Source: Calditrichia bacterium
GTDB taxonomy: Bacteria; Calditrichota; Calditrichia; RBG-13-44-9; J075
Reading direction: 5' to 3'
Length of the DNA: 64,000 bases
NCBI GenBank assembly: GCA_050633245.1
Contig: JBOEGD010000011.1
Coordinates: forward strand, 192,001-256,000
Positions within the stretch are counted from its first letter, which is position 1, and every line of letters begins with the position of its first letter. The notes under the pieces are model-generated. The model saw only the letters and a program-made list of their open reading frames with translations, was not told the DNA's origin and ran no database searches. Positions 9,358 to 19,146 of this stretch are shown here, piece by piece. A program made the position numbers and the translations under genes.

Positions 9358-10689
9358 TTAGTGTAGCCCGAAACGCATTCCCTGTTTTTTAAATGTCTCT
9401 TTGCGATAGAGCGGTGTATATCGCAGGTAGACAGCCATCTTATATAAAGAACTCATATTCGTACTGAAATCGAATGCTCGCCGGATGATTGCCCCTACCC
9501 GATTGTAATCTGATCGCAGTTGAAAGCAAGCTTCCGTTAATTCAGCAGGGGTCATGTTCTTTGGTTTGAACGTTGCGTGATTGAAGCGATATTCGGGATG
9601 CAGCCACCACTTATTATTATACAAGAGCCGTCCTTCTTTCTTCATGCGTTCGTAAAGTGGCGTTCCCGGATATTGAACAAGTATGTTAAAAGCGGCAAAG
9701 GTAAACTTGTTCTCCTGTGCAAACTGACCGGTTGCCATAATGGATTCCAGCGTATCATGATCATGCCCAAGAGTAAAGGCAGCCCAGGTTTGCAGCTTAT
9801 GCTTACGCAGAACTTCAAGCTGTGCCGAATACGTGTCAAATTGCTTGGTAAGGTTCGGGCCCTTTTTCATCCACTGCAGGCTGCCGGGATCGAGAGACTC
9901 AAAACCAATCACATTGCCAACACACCCGCTGGCGGCCATCAGCTCCATCAACTCGGGATCACGCGTCATATCTATACTGGCTTGAGAAACCCAGTGAACC
10001 TTTAGAGGGATCAACGCTCGGAACAACTCTTTGGCTGCTGCCTGGTCGGATACAATGTTGTCATCAACAAAAAAGATCAGTTTGCGCTCCGATTCCTGAA
10101 TTTCGCGAACCAATTCCGGGATATTGCGGGTATAGTGCTTGCGGCTAAAAAAAGAACTGACTGCACAAAAGGTACAGGCAAAGCGACAGCCGCGGGTAAA
10201 CTGCATCAGCTTGATAGGAAGATAACCCTTGCCCTTAAAAATATCTCTGCGCGTCATAACGCCTGGCTGCGGGACACCCACATTCGCTTTATAGACTGGC
10301 TTCAGTTTGCCTTTCTCGGCGTCGGCTATCATTTCTGCCCACCGAAACTCGGCATCGCCAATATAGATAGAGTCTGCATGTGCCTGAACTTCTTCAGGTA
10401 TCAGCGTCGGCTGCATTCCGCCCATAATCACCTGAACACCGCGCTTGCGGTATTCCGCGCCTATCTCATACGCTCGGCGTGCGGTATAGGTCTCTACGGT
10501 AATAGCAACAAGGTCGGTTTTCTCATCATAGGGAATCTCTTCACAGCGATCATCGTACATCACAACTTCAACATCCGGCGGGGTTAACGCGGCAAGAACG
10601 CCAAGCTGAAGCGGCTCCATACGACCTTCATCAACGTAGAGGCTGTGTTCCATGCGTCCAATATTGGGCTTTATAAGCGTCAATTTCAT
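9358..10689 (-). CDS. B12-binding radical SAM protein (copy 2)
   Basis: GGMQPT, RGCRFACTFC, FVDDN, QYPGT. GAGG RBS. Confidence 0.93.
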   Translation of the reverse strand: MKLTLIKPNIGRMEHSLYVDEGRMEPLQLGVLAALTPPDVEVVMYDDRCEEIPYDEKTDLVAITVETYTARRAYEIGAEYRKRGVQVIMGGMQPTLIPEEVQAHADSIYIGDAEFRWAEMIADAEKGKLKPVYKANVGVPQPGVMTRRDIFKGKGYLPIKLMQFTRGCRFACTFCAVSSFFSRKHYTRNIPELVREIQESERKLIFFVDDNIVSDQAAAKELFRALIPLKVHWVSQASIDMTRDPELMELMAASGCVGNVIGFESLDPGSLQWMKKGPNLTKQFDTYSAQLEVLRKHKLQTWAAFTLGHDHDTLESIMATGQFAQENKFTFAAFNILVQYPGTPLYERMKKEGRLLYNNKWWLHPEYRFNHATFKPKNMTPAELTEACFQLRSDYNRVGAIIRRAFDFSTNMSSLYKMAVYLRYTPLYRKETFKKQGMRFGLH

Positions 10690-10701
10690 ATCAACCTCTT
10701 G

Positions 10702-12018
10702 TTATGCCGGTGAACAGCCACCCAGCGTGCGGCCTTGTTTATCTAAAATCTCCCAGCGTGCAACCACATTCGATGCCAGGAAGATGCCCAGGCGATAAGG
10801 ATTAAACCAGTTGTCCCGATAACTGAATGCGCGACGAAAAATACTGTTGTAGTAATTGAATTCCTTGCGAGCCATAAAGCAGCCATCGGTTAACTGTTTG
10901 GCGGTCATGTTCTTCGGCTGAAAGGTTGCATCGCCATAACGATAGCTCTCGGCAAGCCACCACTTGTCATATAGCAATCGACCCTCTTTCTCAAGGCGAT
11001 CATAAAGCCCGGCTCCCGGGGTTGGCATAAGAGGATTAAAGTTAGCCAGAAAGAAGTTATGTCTAAGGGCAAAGTCTAACGTGGTGCGAAAACTATCTGG
11101 AGTATCATGGTCATAGCCAAATACAAAGGTGCCGTAGAGCATAATGCCAAGGCTCTTTAGCTTCTTAATAGCTACTTCATAGTCGCCATACTTCACGTTC
11201 CACTTTTTCTTCATTTGCGCAAGATTGTCTTCATTAAGCGATTCGAAACCTATAAGGGCAGATATGCAGCCGCTGCGTCGCATAAGACGCAGTACGTCTT
11301 CATGGCGGGTAATATCTATGCTTACCTGACAAGACCAGGTGATCTTAAGTGGAATGAGTGCCTCGAAGAGAGCGCGAGCTTTATCTAAATCGACAAATAA
11401 ATTGTCATCAACCAGGAAGACGTGGTGCGGGCTTAGTGCCTTTATTTCGGCAATGACCTCTGGAATGTCGCGCTGACGGAGATCTTTGCCGTAAAAGGCA
11501 TGGATCGAGCAAAAGTCGCAGGCGAAGCGACAGCCGCGTCCATATTGAACCGGTGTGGCAGGGCGATAGCGTTTTCCCCTAAATATGCTGCGATCATAGT
11601 TCAGCTGCTTCAATCCGGGGTGAACATCTTGCCTGTATATCTTTTGAAGTGAGTTTGTTCGGGTGTCCTCAACGACCATTTCCCAGAGACCTTCGGCATC
11701 GCCAATTACTACGGCGTCTGCATGCTCCAGCGCCTCATCGGGCAGAAAGGTTGCATGATATCCACCCATGACGACTGGCACGCCGCGTTTGCGAAACTCA
11801 TCTGCTATTTGATAAGAACGCCGGGCCGTGAAGGTCTCAACAGTCATTGCGACGAGGTCGGTTGCTTCATTGAAAGGAATAGCTTCCAGGCGCTCATCAT
11901 AAAAGAGGGTTTCTACATCGTCGGGTGTCAGTCCTTTGAGGATGGAAAACACAAGAGGCTGTAGCGCATCCGAAGAGCGCATGTCGTATAGATTCGGGCG
12001 GATAAAAGTGATTCGCAA
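10702..12018 (-). CDS. B12-binding radical SAM protein (copy 1)
   Basis: TTG start at 12018 after GGAGAA. GGYHAT, RGCRFACDFC, LVDDN, MPTPGA. Confidence 0.93.
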   Translation of the reverse strand: MRITFIRPNLYDMRSSDALQPLVFSILKGLTPDDVETLFYDERLEAIPFNEATDLVAMTVETFTARRSYQIADEFRKRGVPVVMGGYHATFLPDEALEHADAVVIGDAEGLWEMVVEDTRTNSLQKIYRQDVHPGLKQLNYDRSIFRGKRYRPATPVQYGRGCRFACDFCSIHAFYGKDLRQRDIPEVIAEIKALSPHHVFLVDDNLFVDLDKARALFEALIPLKITWSCQVSIDITRHEDVLRLMRRSGCISALIGFESLNEDNLAQMKKKWNVKYGDYEVAIKKLKSLGIMLYGTFVFGYDHDTPDSFRTTLDFALRHNFFLANFNPLMPTPGAGLYDRLEKEGRLLYDKWWLAESYRYGDATFQPKNMTAKQLTDGCFMARKEFNYYNSIFRRAFSYRDNWFNPYRLGIFLASNVVARWEILDKQGRTLGGCSPA

Positions 12019-12301
12019 GGTTAATTCTCCAAGTGCGGAATCGTCAGTTATGCAGCTAAAATTGCCGATTGAAAAGTGCAATGAGCGTTATACTCATGTT
12101 ATCGTTTTCAGCTGATATAGGCAATAGTCATTTCATGTGTTTTGCTGATGTTGTCAAAATGCTGAAATTTCGCTGTAGCGTCATGGGTCACGATGTATAC
12201 GTGAAATTATTCATACTATTTGCACAATATTGATCCTGGTTCTATGTTGTGATAATTAATGACATAAGAGGTCGTGACCTGGTGGTCGTGACGCATAATA
12301 A

Positions 12302-15300
12302 ATGATTTTCAGACGATCCTTTAAAATTTCTCTTTTTCTATTCCTCGCTCTTACGGCAAGCTCTGCATCTGCCGAAGAATTGCTGGTGCAATTTAAGAAG
12401 CCTGATCTGATTATTTCGTCAAAGGGTGTCTCTGCCAATTCACTGACTATTCAGGGGGTATTAAATACCTCGCCTCCCCAAGCAGCAAGGCTTCTCTTTC
12501 CGAATAGACAGCACACGCTTCCAAAACCATTGCGAAACATCTACGTTTTGACCTATGCTGCTGGAAAGTCCGGCGTTGCCCATTCTGCTTTGCAAAAGAT
12601 TGATGATGTGGTTTACGTGAAACCTAAGGTTACGCTGAGCATTCGTGGCAAGCAATCCGATCCGCTTTTAGCTGAACAGTGGTATCGGCAGACGTTAAAT
12701 ATTGACGAGGCATGGAATACAACTCGTGGAGATGCGTCAATTGTTGTCGGTATCATTGATACTGGCGTAGATTATCGCCATGAAGACCTTCAGGGGGCAC
12801 TTTGGATAAATAACGCGGAAGATTTGAACGGCAATGGCACACTTGATGCCTCGGATGAAAACGGGATTGATGATGATGGCAATGGCTATGTCGATGACGT
12901 TGTCGGCTGGGATTTTACCGATGCTCCGGCATTTCCAGATCAAGGCGACTATCTCGATCCTGATAATGACCCCGATGACGAGTTCCTTAGTGGACACGGT
13001 ACGCCTGCTGCCGGGCTCATTGCTGCCCAACAAAACGATGTGGGAATCGCCGGAATTGCACCAGGTTTGAGGGTAATGGCATTGCGAGCCGGAACTGCTT
13101 CCGGCTTTTTAGAAGAAGATGATGTTGCTGAGGCCATCCTGTATGCAATTGACAACGGCTGCCGAATTGTTAACATGAGCTTTGGAGACGTGGCTTTTTC
13201 GTATTTGTTGCGCGATGTGATTCGGTATGGCTCAGAAAAAGGACTTATCTTTGTCGCAGCTGCCGGAAATAGTGGTAGCAGCATTCCGAACTATCCAGCC
13301 GCCTATGCAGAAACGATTTCCGTTGGTGCAACGACGATCGAGAATCAACGAGCTTCTTTTTCCAGCTTTGGCAATACGCTGAACCTGGTTATGCCAGGGC
13401 AAGATGTTTTCGCTACGCAGATTGAAAACGGATATGGCAGCTTTAACGGAACGTCCTTTTCTGCTCCGTTAGCCTGCGGCGTGCTCGGACTCATTCTTTC
13501 AGCAAATCCGAACATGACGTCGGAGCAAGCAATTGGTGCCTTATACGGAAGCGTTCAAGATTTAGGGCTTCGCGGATGGGATGAGCGATACGGACATGGT
13601 TTGCCGGACGCAGCACGCGCTGTTACAGCGGGCAAGAATGGTTACGTGGCCATAACGAACCCCGCTGGTGGAGATGGCACTGCTGCTGATTTTGTACCTG
13701 TCATTGGTAGCGCATACTCGCCGTGGATCGATGAGGTTGTCCTGTCATACAGCGTTGGGGAAACGCAGCAGCGTTGGCAGGAAATTGAGCGAATTGATGG
13801 TCGCCAGGTTGTCGATGATACGCTGACTGTCTGGGATACCAGCAGTTTAGACGATGGTCGCTATACATTGGAACTGAGACTGAAGCAGCTTGCACTTGAG
13901 GATGTGGTTGTTCGCCAGAGCATTGAAATTGATCGTTCTCCGGCTGTCATTGATTCGTTCTTTACCACGAAGCTATATGATAAGTCTAAATCTGCGATCC
14001 TGATGCGTTTTCAAACCGATGACGTTACGTTGGCCCGCGCCAGTTTCTTTGATGAAAATGGCGCGCTACTCCTCAACAAAACGTCTACATATCGCAGTCG
14101 TGCACACAGCTTTTTGATTGGCGAGCAAGAACTTCCAACTACATCAAATGTAGTGATCGAATTACAAAATACTTCCGGATTAAATAGCCAGTTTGGCGAC
14201 AATGGGAATACGATCTCTCTTTCAATCCCAAAAGCCGCAAACCCTGAATACCTGCTGGATTTTGTCGGGCTGCTTCCCGTTAACGGATATTTTATGCCAC
14301 ATCCGGTCGACATGAACAATAATGGTGCCGCAGAAATAGTTGTCTCGGAGTTAATTGACGAACGTTTCGGATCGGTTGCGGTTTTGGAAACGGATGGCAG
14401 TAATATAACCCGCCTGTTTGAGACCGCTGAGACAGGTATTCCGCGAGCTGCCGGTGTCTTGCGGAGTAATGGTGGATTCGACTTGGCCCTTGGTCTGGGT
14501 AGCCGCTCAATGATATTGGGAAATGCTTTAACCGATAGTATTCCGAAGGAAGTGGTTTGGCAAGACAGCAGTGATTTTTGGATCAGTCGCATCATCAATA
14601 CAGATGATGACGCGGAAAATGAAGTTCTGGCGCTGCGATTTGGCACCTGGCGGATTTTTGAGGTCGATAATGCCTATCAGCTTTCCGAAAAACAAAAGCT
14701 CTCAACGGTAGGGGAGGGCAGCAATGTATTCGGTGTGCCCAACGCATTGTTTGCTGACTTTAATGGAGATGGAAAAGAATCCATCGTTGTAAGTGATGTT
14801 TCCGGACAATTGATTGTTTACGACCGGGCTGGATCTGAATATCTGCCTGAGTGGACGGCGCAACTTAACGGTCAGGGAGGCGAAAGTCTTTTGGCTGCTG
14901 CGGATGTCGATGGAGATGGCGTTCCGGAAATTGCTGCTGCTGTTAGAAATCAACCAAAAGTATTACTCGAATCAAATGTAAACGATAAGTTCTGGTCCCT
15001 TTCGGTATGGGGTTTTAACGATAGTGGCGAGCTGGTTCAGCTGGCTGAAGATAATATTCTTGGCATCACTGCGCAAAGTGGTATTCACAATGGTTTAAGC
15101 GCGGCAGACCTGGATAATGATGGTTTAGATGAAATTGTATTCCTGCCATTTCCCAACGGTTATGCTTTTGGCTATGAAGCAAATGAATTAAAACTTCGCT
15201 GGTATCAGGAGGGCGTGAATAGCAATGCGGCTCCCTGGGCAGATTTTACCGGTGATGGCCAAAAAGACTTATTGCTCAACACCGAAAACGGCATAGAGCT

Positions 15301-16441
15301 TTGGTCTTCTATTGAAGTCGGCGAACGGCCTGCCAAGCCTTTGGGCCTCAAGGTGTTACCGCTTAATGAGACAGAAATTCAACTATCCTGGCTTGCGGCG
15401 AGAGATGCGGCCTATTACCGGATCTATTCACGGACCGATGATCAATTTATTCTTGCAGATTCTACATCAGCAACCAGCTTTTTGGTTGCGGACTTACAGA
15501 CAGATAGCAGCTTCGCTTATGCAATTACGGCTGTAAATCAGCTTCTGCCACAGGTCGAGAGCCTTTTTAGCCGCACGGTTTTTGCTGTTCCTAACCGTCC
15601 TCCGACAGTCGATAGCCTGGTTGCGAAAAATGATAAACAGCTTCATATCTATTTTAGTGAAGCATTATCTGTTGCCAGTTTTCAAACTAATCGCTACCGC
15701 TTAAACTCTCGAACACCGCTTAGCGTAGCTCGCGGAGAAAATCGCAGTCAGGCTGTTCTTAGTTTTGGAGAATCGTTCGAAGCAAATAACGAGTTGTTAA
15801 TCCTCGCTCTGGAAGATGAACTTGGAACGCGTACGGCAGACTCATTAATTGTTAATTTTCCGTTTTCTGAGGTAATTCCTGACCTATATTTAACTTCTGT
15901 CGAATTGATCAGTAAAACCCGGTTGCGAGTTGTCTATAATTTGCCACTGGAAAATGCAAGTGGCGGCGAGCCTGCGAACTATCAGCTCGAGCCCAATGTC
16001 GAGGTGCTTTCGGCTTCGGTTAATGACAATGTTGCTCTCTTAACGCTTGCAATTCCGAACAGACTTAGCGTAGGCGAACCTCATGTACTTACCATTACTG
16101 ACGTTCGAGGTTTTGATGGCAACACATTGAGTAGCAATGGAAACAGTTTGCAAATTGTTAACAAGGTGCAGGATTTGGAAAAAATGGTGGTCTTTCCAAA
16201 TCCATGGCGCGGGGACAGGCATGATATGTTGCGATTTGCAAACGTGCCTGCAGGAACAGAATTGTTTATCTTTACGGCTACAGGAACAAATGTACGTGCA
16301 TTAAAAAATGATAACCCTTTCGGCTCGGTAGAATGGGATTTGAAAAATGATGCTGGTGATAAAGTCGGTAGCGGCGTATATATCTATGTAGCTCGCTTTG
16401 AGGGAATGGAAAAGACCGGCAAGTTGATGGTAGTAAATTGA
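12302..16441 (+). CDS. Secreted S8 subtilisin-family serine peptidase with FG-GAP repeats, FN3/Ig-like domains and a C-terminal sorting-type domain
   Basis: Signal peptide. Triad IIDTG / HGT / GTSFS and AAAGN. DxNGDG repeats. VFPNPW...GSGVYIY tail. Confidence 0.92.
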   Translation: MIFRRSFKISLFLFLALTASSASAEELLVQFKKPDLIISSKGVSANSLTIQGVLNTSPPQAARLLFPNRQHTLPKPLRNIYVLTYAAGKSGVAHSALQKIDDVVYVKPKVTLSIRGKQSDPLLAEQWYRQTLNIDEAWNTTRGDASIVVGIIDTGVDYRHEDLQGALWINNAEDLNGNGTLDASDENGIDDDGNGYVDDVVGWDFTDAPAFPDQGDYLDPDNDPDDEFLSGHGTPAAGLIAAQQNDVGIAGIAPGLRVMALRAGTASGFLEEDDVAEAILYAIDNGCRIVNMSFGDVAFSYLLRDVIRYGSEKGLIFVAAAGNSGSSIPNYPAAYAETISVGATTIENQRASFSSFGNTLNLVMPGQDVFATQIENGYGSFNGTSFSAPLACGVLGLILSANPNMTSEQAIGALYGSVQDLGLRGWDERYGHGLPDAARAVTAGKNGYVAITNPAGGDGTAADFVPVIGSAYSPWIDEVVLSYSVGETQQRWQEIERIDGRQVVDDTLTVWDTSSLDDGRYTLELRLKQLALEDVVVRQSIEIDRSPAVIDSFFTTKLYDKSKSAILMRFQTDDVTLARASFFDENGALLLNKTSTYRSRAHSFLIGEQELPTTSNVVIELQNTSGLNSQFGDNGNTISLSIPKAANPEYLLDFVGLLPVNGYFMPHPVDMNNNGAAEIVVSELIDERFGSVAVLETDGSNITRLFETAETGIPRAAGVLRSNGGFDLALGLGSRSMILGNALTDSIPKEVVWQDSSDFWISRIINTDDDAENEVLALRFGTWRIFEVDNAYQLSEKQKLSTVGEGSNVFGVPNALFADFNGDGKESIVVSDVSGQLIVYDRAGSEYLPEWTAQLNGQGGESLLAAADVDGDGVPEIAAAVRNQPKVLLESNVNDKFWSLSVWGFNDSGELVQLAEDNILGITAQSGIHNGLSAADLDNDGLDEIVFLPFPNGYAFGYEANELKLRWYQEGVNSNAAPWADFTGDGQKDLLLNTENGIELWSSIEVGERPAKPLGLKVLPLNETEIQLSWLAARDAAYYRIYSRTDDQFILADSTSATSFLVADLQTDSSFAYAITAVNQLLPQVESLFSRTVFAVPNRPPTVDSLVAKNDKQLHIYFSEALSVASFQTNRYRLNSRTPLSVARGENRSQAVLSFGESFEANNELLILALEDELGTRTADSLIVNFPFSEVIPDLYLTSVELISKTRLRVVYNLPLENASGGEPANYQLEPNVEVLSASVNDNVALLTLAIPNRLSVGEPHVLTITDVRGFDGNTLSSNGNSLQIVNKVQDLEKMVVFPNPWRGDRHDMLRFANVPAGTELFIFTATGTNVRALKNDNPFGSVEWDLKNDAGDKVGSGVYIYVARFEGMEKTGKLMVVN

Positions 16442-16457
16442 AACGGAATGGAGCAGC

Positions 16458-17660
16458 ATGGCAGGACGAAAACGAAAGCAAACAGAACATGAAGTTCTTC
16501 TTATTGGGTTAACCGGTGGTATGGGCTGTGGACAATCTACAGTAGCAAAGCACTTTGAGTCTAAAGGCTGTTTAGTTTTAAGTGCAGATAAAATTGCACA
16601 TAAAATACTTGACCGTAATAATGATGTAAAGCAAGAGCTGGGTAAAATATTCGGCAGACGAATATTCTTTCGCAATCGCAGAATCAATCGACGTGTTTTG
16701 GGCGAATTGGCTTTTAAAAGCAAAGAAAAAACACATAAGCTCAACAAAATTGTGCATCCGCGTCTGGTTGAAGAGGTGATCAATCGAGTTGCCAGTGCCC
16801 GTGAATCCCGCAAGTATAAAGTTGTTTGTCTCGATGCAGCTCTTATTTACGAAACGCAGATGGAAAAGATGTTTGACTATGTTGTTGTCGTGGCATCGCG
16901 AATGAAGCTGCGAATAACGCGAATCCAGGAAAGAGATAAGCTGGATGAAATATTGATCAAAGATCGCATGGAAAATCAAATTCCAATAGAAGAGAAGTCT
17001 AAGTGGGGCGATTTTGTTATCCACAACAATGGCACGCTCGAACAGCTTGAGGAAAAATCCGTAAAACTCTATAAGCAGATTTTAGCCAAGCCGGATATAT
17101 TGAAAATCCGGGCCAAGCGAGATGCTGTAAAACCGCGTCGCAGACCACAAACAAAGCTAGTTGAAAAGGAAGCACAAGAGATCGAGGTGGTTGATCAAGC
17201 GTCTGAAAACACAGTTAAACCAGCGAGCGAACCAACTAAGCGAAAGCCCCGTGCACCGCGTAAGCCACGTAAGCAGGTAGCCAAGCCGGAGAACGAAGCC
17301 GCAACTTCTCCCGAAGAAACTATTGAAGCCTCTGCACCAATAGAAGAAACCGGCACTGACACAAAGCCTGTAGAAGAAAAAGCTTCTAAGCCCGCCGGAA
17401 GAAAGCCTCGGGCGAAATCCACAAGAAAGCCAAAACCAAAAGCAGAGGTCGCTGAAGCGGAAAATAAAGAGACGTTGGAACCAGCTGCTATGCCGACGGC
17501 TGAAGTGAAGTCTAAACCTGAGCCTGAAGTAAAGCCCGAAGTAAAAGTGGAGAACGAGGTAAAAGCAGAAACAGAAGCTCCACCTAAACCAAGAGTTCGA
17601 AGTGGACGTCGGCCTCGTCGTATTGGTCCAAAACGAACTAAGCCGCCAACCGAAGGATAA
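16458..17660 (+). CDS. coaE: Dephospho-CoA kinase with a long low-complexity C-terminal extension
   Basis: IGLTGGMGCGQS, ADKIAH, LNKIVHP, DAALIYE, QIPIEEK, IHNNG. Roughly the last 190 aa are K/E/P/R-rich. Confidence 0.88.
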   Translation: MAGRKRKQTEHEVLLIGLTGGMGCGQSTVAKHFESKGCLVLSADKIAHKILDRNNDVKQELGKIFGRRIFFRNRRINRRVLGELAFKSKEKTHKLNKIVHPRLVEEVINRVASARESRKYKVVCLDAALIYETQMEKMFDYVVVVASRMKLRITRIQERDKLDEILIKDRMENQIPIEEKSKWGDFVIHNNGTLEQLEEKSVKLYKQILAKPDILKIRAKRDAVKPRRRPQTKLVEKEAQEIEVVDQASENTVKPASEPTKRKPRAPRKPRKQVAKPENEAATSPEETIEASAPIEETGTDTKPVEEKASKPAGRKPRAKSTRKPKPKAEVAEAENKETLEPAAMPTAEVKSKPEPEVKPEVKVENEVKAETEAPPKPRVRSGRRPRRIGPKRTKPPTEG

Positions 17661-17670
17661 ACGACCGCAA

Positions 17671-19113
17671 ATGTTTGCGATTGTTGATGTTGAAACTACT
17701 GGACTGCGCCCGCGCAGAGATCGGATTATTGAAATCGCCATCATTATTACGGATGGTGATATCATAATCGACTCGTTTAGCACACTGGTCAATCCACAGC
17801 GAGCGCTGCCGGCCGAGATTGCTTCCTTAACCGGCATCAAGGCACAACGGCTGCTTGACGCACCTCAGTTCTTTCAGATAGCCAAAAGGATCGTCGAAAT
17901 GACGACAGAATGTGTGCTGGTTGCGCACAATGCTCGTTTCGACTATTCCTTCCTGAAATATGAGTTTAAGCGACTTGGTTTTCATTTCCAGCGCAAGCAA
18001 ATTTGCACCATGCGCCTCAGTCGCAAGCTGGTTGCCGATCTTCCCAATTATCGGCTCAAGCACATTTGCAAACACCTGAATATCTCCCTCAACGATGCAC
18101 ATCGGGCCGAACGTGATGCTCAAGCCACCTTCGAGCTTTTTCAGCAGCTCAACGCAATTCGCGATGATTATGATGCACCACATGTCGCAGATTGGAAGGA
18201 AACGCGCTTGCCGCCTGGCATTGAGCGTAGACAGGTCGAAGCGCTCCCGGAAGACACCGGGGTTTATTTCTTTCGCGAAGGCGAAAAGTTGCTTTATGTT
18301 GGCAAAAGCATATCAATTCGCAAGCGCGTTATGTCTCATTTCTCGAACGACTTGAAATCGTCTCGCGCATTGGAAATGAAAAATCGCATTCGTGAGATAA
18401 CGTGGCAGGTAACCGGAAGTGAAATAGTGGCTCTCCTTCTGGAATCAGACCTCATTAAAACATTAAAGCCCCGCTATAACCGCAGTCAGCGTCGAACGAA
18501 ATATCGCTATGGTCTTTTTCACGATACTGATGACGCAGGGTATCGCGTTTTTACAATAGAATTGCTTTCAAAAAATAATGATGTGCCGCTAATTTCGTTT
18601 AACAGTAAGCCTCAGGGAGAAGCTTTTGTCACGCGCATGGCAGATCGCTTTGAACTATGTCAAAAACATTGTTCGCTTCAAAAAACGAACGGCGCCTGCT
18701 TTTATTATCACTTAAAAACGTGCAAGGGGGCCTGTATCGGTGAAGAAGCGCCCTCCGATTACAATAGGCGCTTTTTGGAGGCGTACCATCAACTGGACTA
18801 TCCGCTGGCAACGTTCTTTGTTGTTGAGCCGGGAAGAAAGCGTGATGAGCGAACACTTATTCTTGTTGAAAACGGCAGCTATCGTGGATTTGGATTTTGT
18901 CCCAGGCGTGCGCTAAAGCGCGAACCGGAACGATTAAAACGTTATATTGAGCCGCGAGAAGATAACCAGGATGTACGCAGGCTTTTACTTGGTTATTTAA
19001 GGCGCACGAAGCGTGTCGAAGTGCTTCCGTTCGGGCAGGCGTTGGCCGGACTCGAAAATTCGACAAGTGGTTTGAATACACCGAAAAATTTTATAAACTT
19101 AGCATCGCTTTAA
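17671..19113 (+). CDS. DEDD 3'-5' exonuclease (DnaQ-like) fused to a GIY-YIG (UvrC/Cho-like) domain
   Basis: VDVETTG, AHNARFD, HRAERDA, GVYFF...LYVGKS...RV.SHF. Confidence 0.9.
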   Translation: MFAIVDVETTGLRPRRDRIIEIAIIITDGDIIIDSFSTLVNPQRALPAEIASLTGIKAQRLLDAPQFFQIAKRIVEMTTECVLVAHNARFDYSFLKYEFKRLGFHFQRKQICTMRLSRKLVADLPNYRLKHICKHLNISLNDAHRAERDAQATFELFQQLNAIRDDYDAPHVADWKETRLPPGIERRQVEALPEDTGVYFFREGEKLLYVGKSISIRKRVMSHFSNDLKSSRALEMKNRIREITWQVTGSEIVALLLESDLIKTLKPRYNRSQRRTKYRYGLFHDTDDAGYRVFTIELLSKNNDVPLISFNSKPQGEAFVTRMADRFELCQKHCSLQKTNGACFYYHLKTCKGACIGEEAPSDYNRRFLEAYHQLDYPLATFFVVEPGRKRDERTLILVENGSYRGFGFCPRRALKREPERLKRYIEPREDNQDVRRLLLGYLRRTKRVEVLPFGQALAGLENSTSGLNTPKNFINLASL

Positions 19114-19146
19114 GTAGCATGAATTTTACCACGATGAAAGCAGTCG

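Noticed and set aside
12019-12301. Cobalamin riboswitch or RiPP precursor upstream of the rSAM cluster
   Set aside because: No B12-box or GGGAA/CCCCGC-ACTGT motifs and no convincing short ORF with an RBS were seen by eye. An Rfam scan would settle it.
14011-14646. 211-aa antisense ORF and the many other short nested ORFs in the track
   Set aside because: They lie within well-supported genes and show no motifs or RBS.
17157-17840. 227-aa minus-strand Phe/Trp-rich ORF
   Set aside because: It is the antisense shadow of the low-complexity coaE tail.
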